Shown: positions 60,564 through 64,000 of the stretch, piece after piece
Numbering within the stretch: position 1 is the first letter of the stretch
How the letters are laid out: each line of letters begins with the position of its first letter
Assembly (NCBI GenBank): GCA_039815375.1
Contig: JBCBZJ010000002.1
Location: 32,001-96,000 of the forward strand
Length of the DNA: 64,000 bases
Direction: 5' to 3'
Source: Verrucomicrobiota bacterium
GTDB taxonomy: Bacteria > Verrucomicrobiota > Verrucomicrobiia > Opitutales > Coraliomargaritaceae
Made by a program: the position numbers and the translations under genes
The notes under the pieces: model-generated
Told to the model about the DNA's origin: nothing
The model's database searches: none
Seen by the model: the letters and a program-made list of their open reading frames with translations, nothing else

Positions 60564-62195
60564 CTATTCCATTCTATCGATTAGTTTTTCGATCCGACAC
60601 TTGTCCATTTCGCTCCCGCTAGCTATTCTCGCCAACGCTTCCTTTAAGTTCTTCTTGATTGTTTTTCCCTTCCCTTCGGATAGCTGTAAGCTTTGGCCGA
60701 AAATACTGACTTTTTCAAAGAGATTCTTAGCTTCGCTGTTAATGAGCAGCTCATAGAAGTCGTCGGCCGAAAAACAAGAAAGCCTTTCAAACTTCTGATC
60801 GTCGAGTTGTCTACCCTCGGCCATCTCGTAAAACAGTTCCGAGAGTGGTGTGTCTTCGTGGCGCGAGGAAATTCTTTCTTTTATCATCTCCAGCACATTT
60901 TTGGGGCAGTCGGAGTGAAACATCCTGAAGTCATGAAGGCGGTCATTAGTTCTTTCGTCCATGTAGCGATCCACAGCTTGAGAGGTAATCTCTGTGAAGT
61001 CCTCGGTTGAGCCGAATCTCTTTAAGTAATCGACTGACCAAAAAACCTCACCTGTCTTTAGGAGAGTGTGTTTCTCTTTCAATAGCTTACACAGGTCAGA
61101 AACAAAAGCTTCCTCCTTGTAAACGAAGTTCTCCCTATACCTTTTCCAAATCTCCCCATGTTCGTGCTCCGCGATAAGCTTCTCAGACTCTTTTTCGCTC
61201 GCCGATAGCTGAGAGGTATATTGCTCAAAGTCTAGATGCCCGTTCTTGAGCAGCTCTATAGCGAAGATATCAAGATCATGCGGCCGATAGTTCAGCTTCT
61301 TTAAGATTTCGACGTCGATCTTATTCTCAGAGTCGTCGTCCTCATCGTCTTCAATGCCGTAAACTCCAGAATACGGGTTGTAGTCAAGAATCTCGGATAT
61401 ATTTATAGAATTCGATTGATCGTAATATACTGCAGCAAGCTTGGTTGCATTATGTAGTAAGTGATACTTTAGCGGGTCGCTTTGTTCCGAAAGTCCAGTT
61501 TCGAGATAATCTCTCAACCATTTGGTCTTTGCCATAATGCGAATGTTTGAAAGCTTCGCGGCTTCAAAAACTTCGATAACATCTTCCGGTGGATTATCGC
61601 CCCATACGATTTTGATACAGTCTGTGATTGATGGCGAAAACGAGAACTCTGCATCTATTACTTTTTCTCTATATAGATCTAGGCTGTCCTTCCCGCTCTT
61701 GGTCAGTCTTCCTTCGTTAAGCAATAAAACAACTTTCGAACCTAGCTCATCTTTTAATCGAGTTACAAATCCGAGGATTAAATCTGCCGATATATTTGTT
61801 CTTTCAATGTCATCTATACAGATAACGGAGTTTCTTAGTAAGCTATTCTCGATATGCTTTTGCAGCGGACTAAGGTTACCTACGTAAGGAATATCGACGG
61901 CGTCCGCTAGTTGGGCTGCTTTCTTAATTAACTGACCGAATTTTTGGCCATTATTACTGTTTTCACTGTGATATTCTACATTTGCAGCTAACAATCCTGA
62001 CAATTCATCGATTGTCGATGCGCCAAAAACTGAGGCATAGCGTGCTCCGTTGGGAATTAATTCTTTGGGGATTTGGTTTATGAATTGATTCCAAAAGTAG
62101 GTTTTTCCTGACCCCCAATCACCTTTTATTACGAAGACTCGGCGAGGATCTTCTCGGCTAAGGAATTTTCTCAGCGACTGGTCTAGAGAATCCAT
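60564..62195 (-). CDS. KAP family P-loop NTPase
   Basis: IKGDWGSGKT (Walker A), ICIDDIER (Walker B), YREKVID, NIR; more AT-rich than purL. Confidence 0.85.
   Translation of the reverse strand: MDSLDQSLRKFLSREDPRRVFVIKGDWGSGKTYFWNQFINQIPKELIPNGARYASVFGASTIDELSGLLAANVEYHSENSNNGQKFGQLIKKAAQLADAVDIPYVGNLSPLQKHIENSLLRNSVICIDDIERTNISADLILGFVTRLKDELGSKVVLLLNEGRLTKSGKDSLDLYREKVIDAEFSFSPSITDCIKIVWGDNPPEDVIEVFEAAKLSNIRIMAKTKWLRDYLETGLSEQSDPLKYHLLHNATKLAAVYYDQSNSINISEILDYNPYSGVYGIEDDEDDDSENKIDVEILKKLNYRPHDLDIFAIELLKNGHLDFEQYTSQLSASEKESEKLIAEHEHGEIWKRYRENFVYKEEAFVSDLCKLLKEKHTLLKTGEVFWSVDYLKRFGSTEDFTEITSQAVDRYMDERTNDRLHDFRMFHSDCPKNVLEMIKERISSRHEDTPLSELFYEMAEGRQLDDQKFERLSCFSADDFYELLINSEAKNLFEKVSIFGQSLQLSEGKGKTIKKNLKEALARIASGSEMDKCRIEKLIDRME

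Positions 62196-64000
<1,805 letters not shown>

Overview
A 64-kb chromosomal window, most likely from a marine Verrucomicrobiota (Opitutales/Coraliomargarita-like). This is inferred from four PEP-CTERM proteins, several Cys-type sulfatases and the style of the transposase remnants. The first 46 kb is mixed accessory and metabolic sequence: a Rieske oxygenase missing from the ORF track and divergent from a Na+:solute symporter; a tight YHS / ATP-grasp / OlsF-like acyltransferase / DinB / NRDE operon next to DoxX; mog; an ABC exporter plus DUF1854 behind an apparent leader-peptide attenuator; a ~1700-aa sulfatase with two nested domain insertions; a fasciclin / ECF sigma / RskA module; a PEP-CTERM plus GT41 pair; and three decayed pseudogenes. 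The region 46.5-62.2 kb, directly downstream of purL, is a gene-shuffling hotspot. Unrelated cargo genes there are interleaved with five diverged radC (JAB) fragments, RAYT-like transposase C-terminal remnants, an ~880-bp direct repeat, short tandem repeats and duplicated fragments of neighbouring genes. purL itself carries two in-frame GTAG-type palindromic (REP/REPIN-like) insertions. No tRNA, rRNA, CRISPR array, integrase or intact transposase was recognised. All family calls come from motif recognition by eye, not from database searches.
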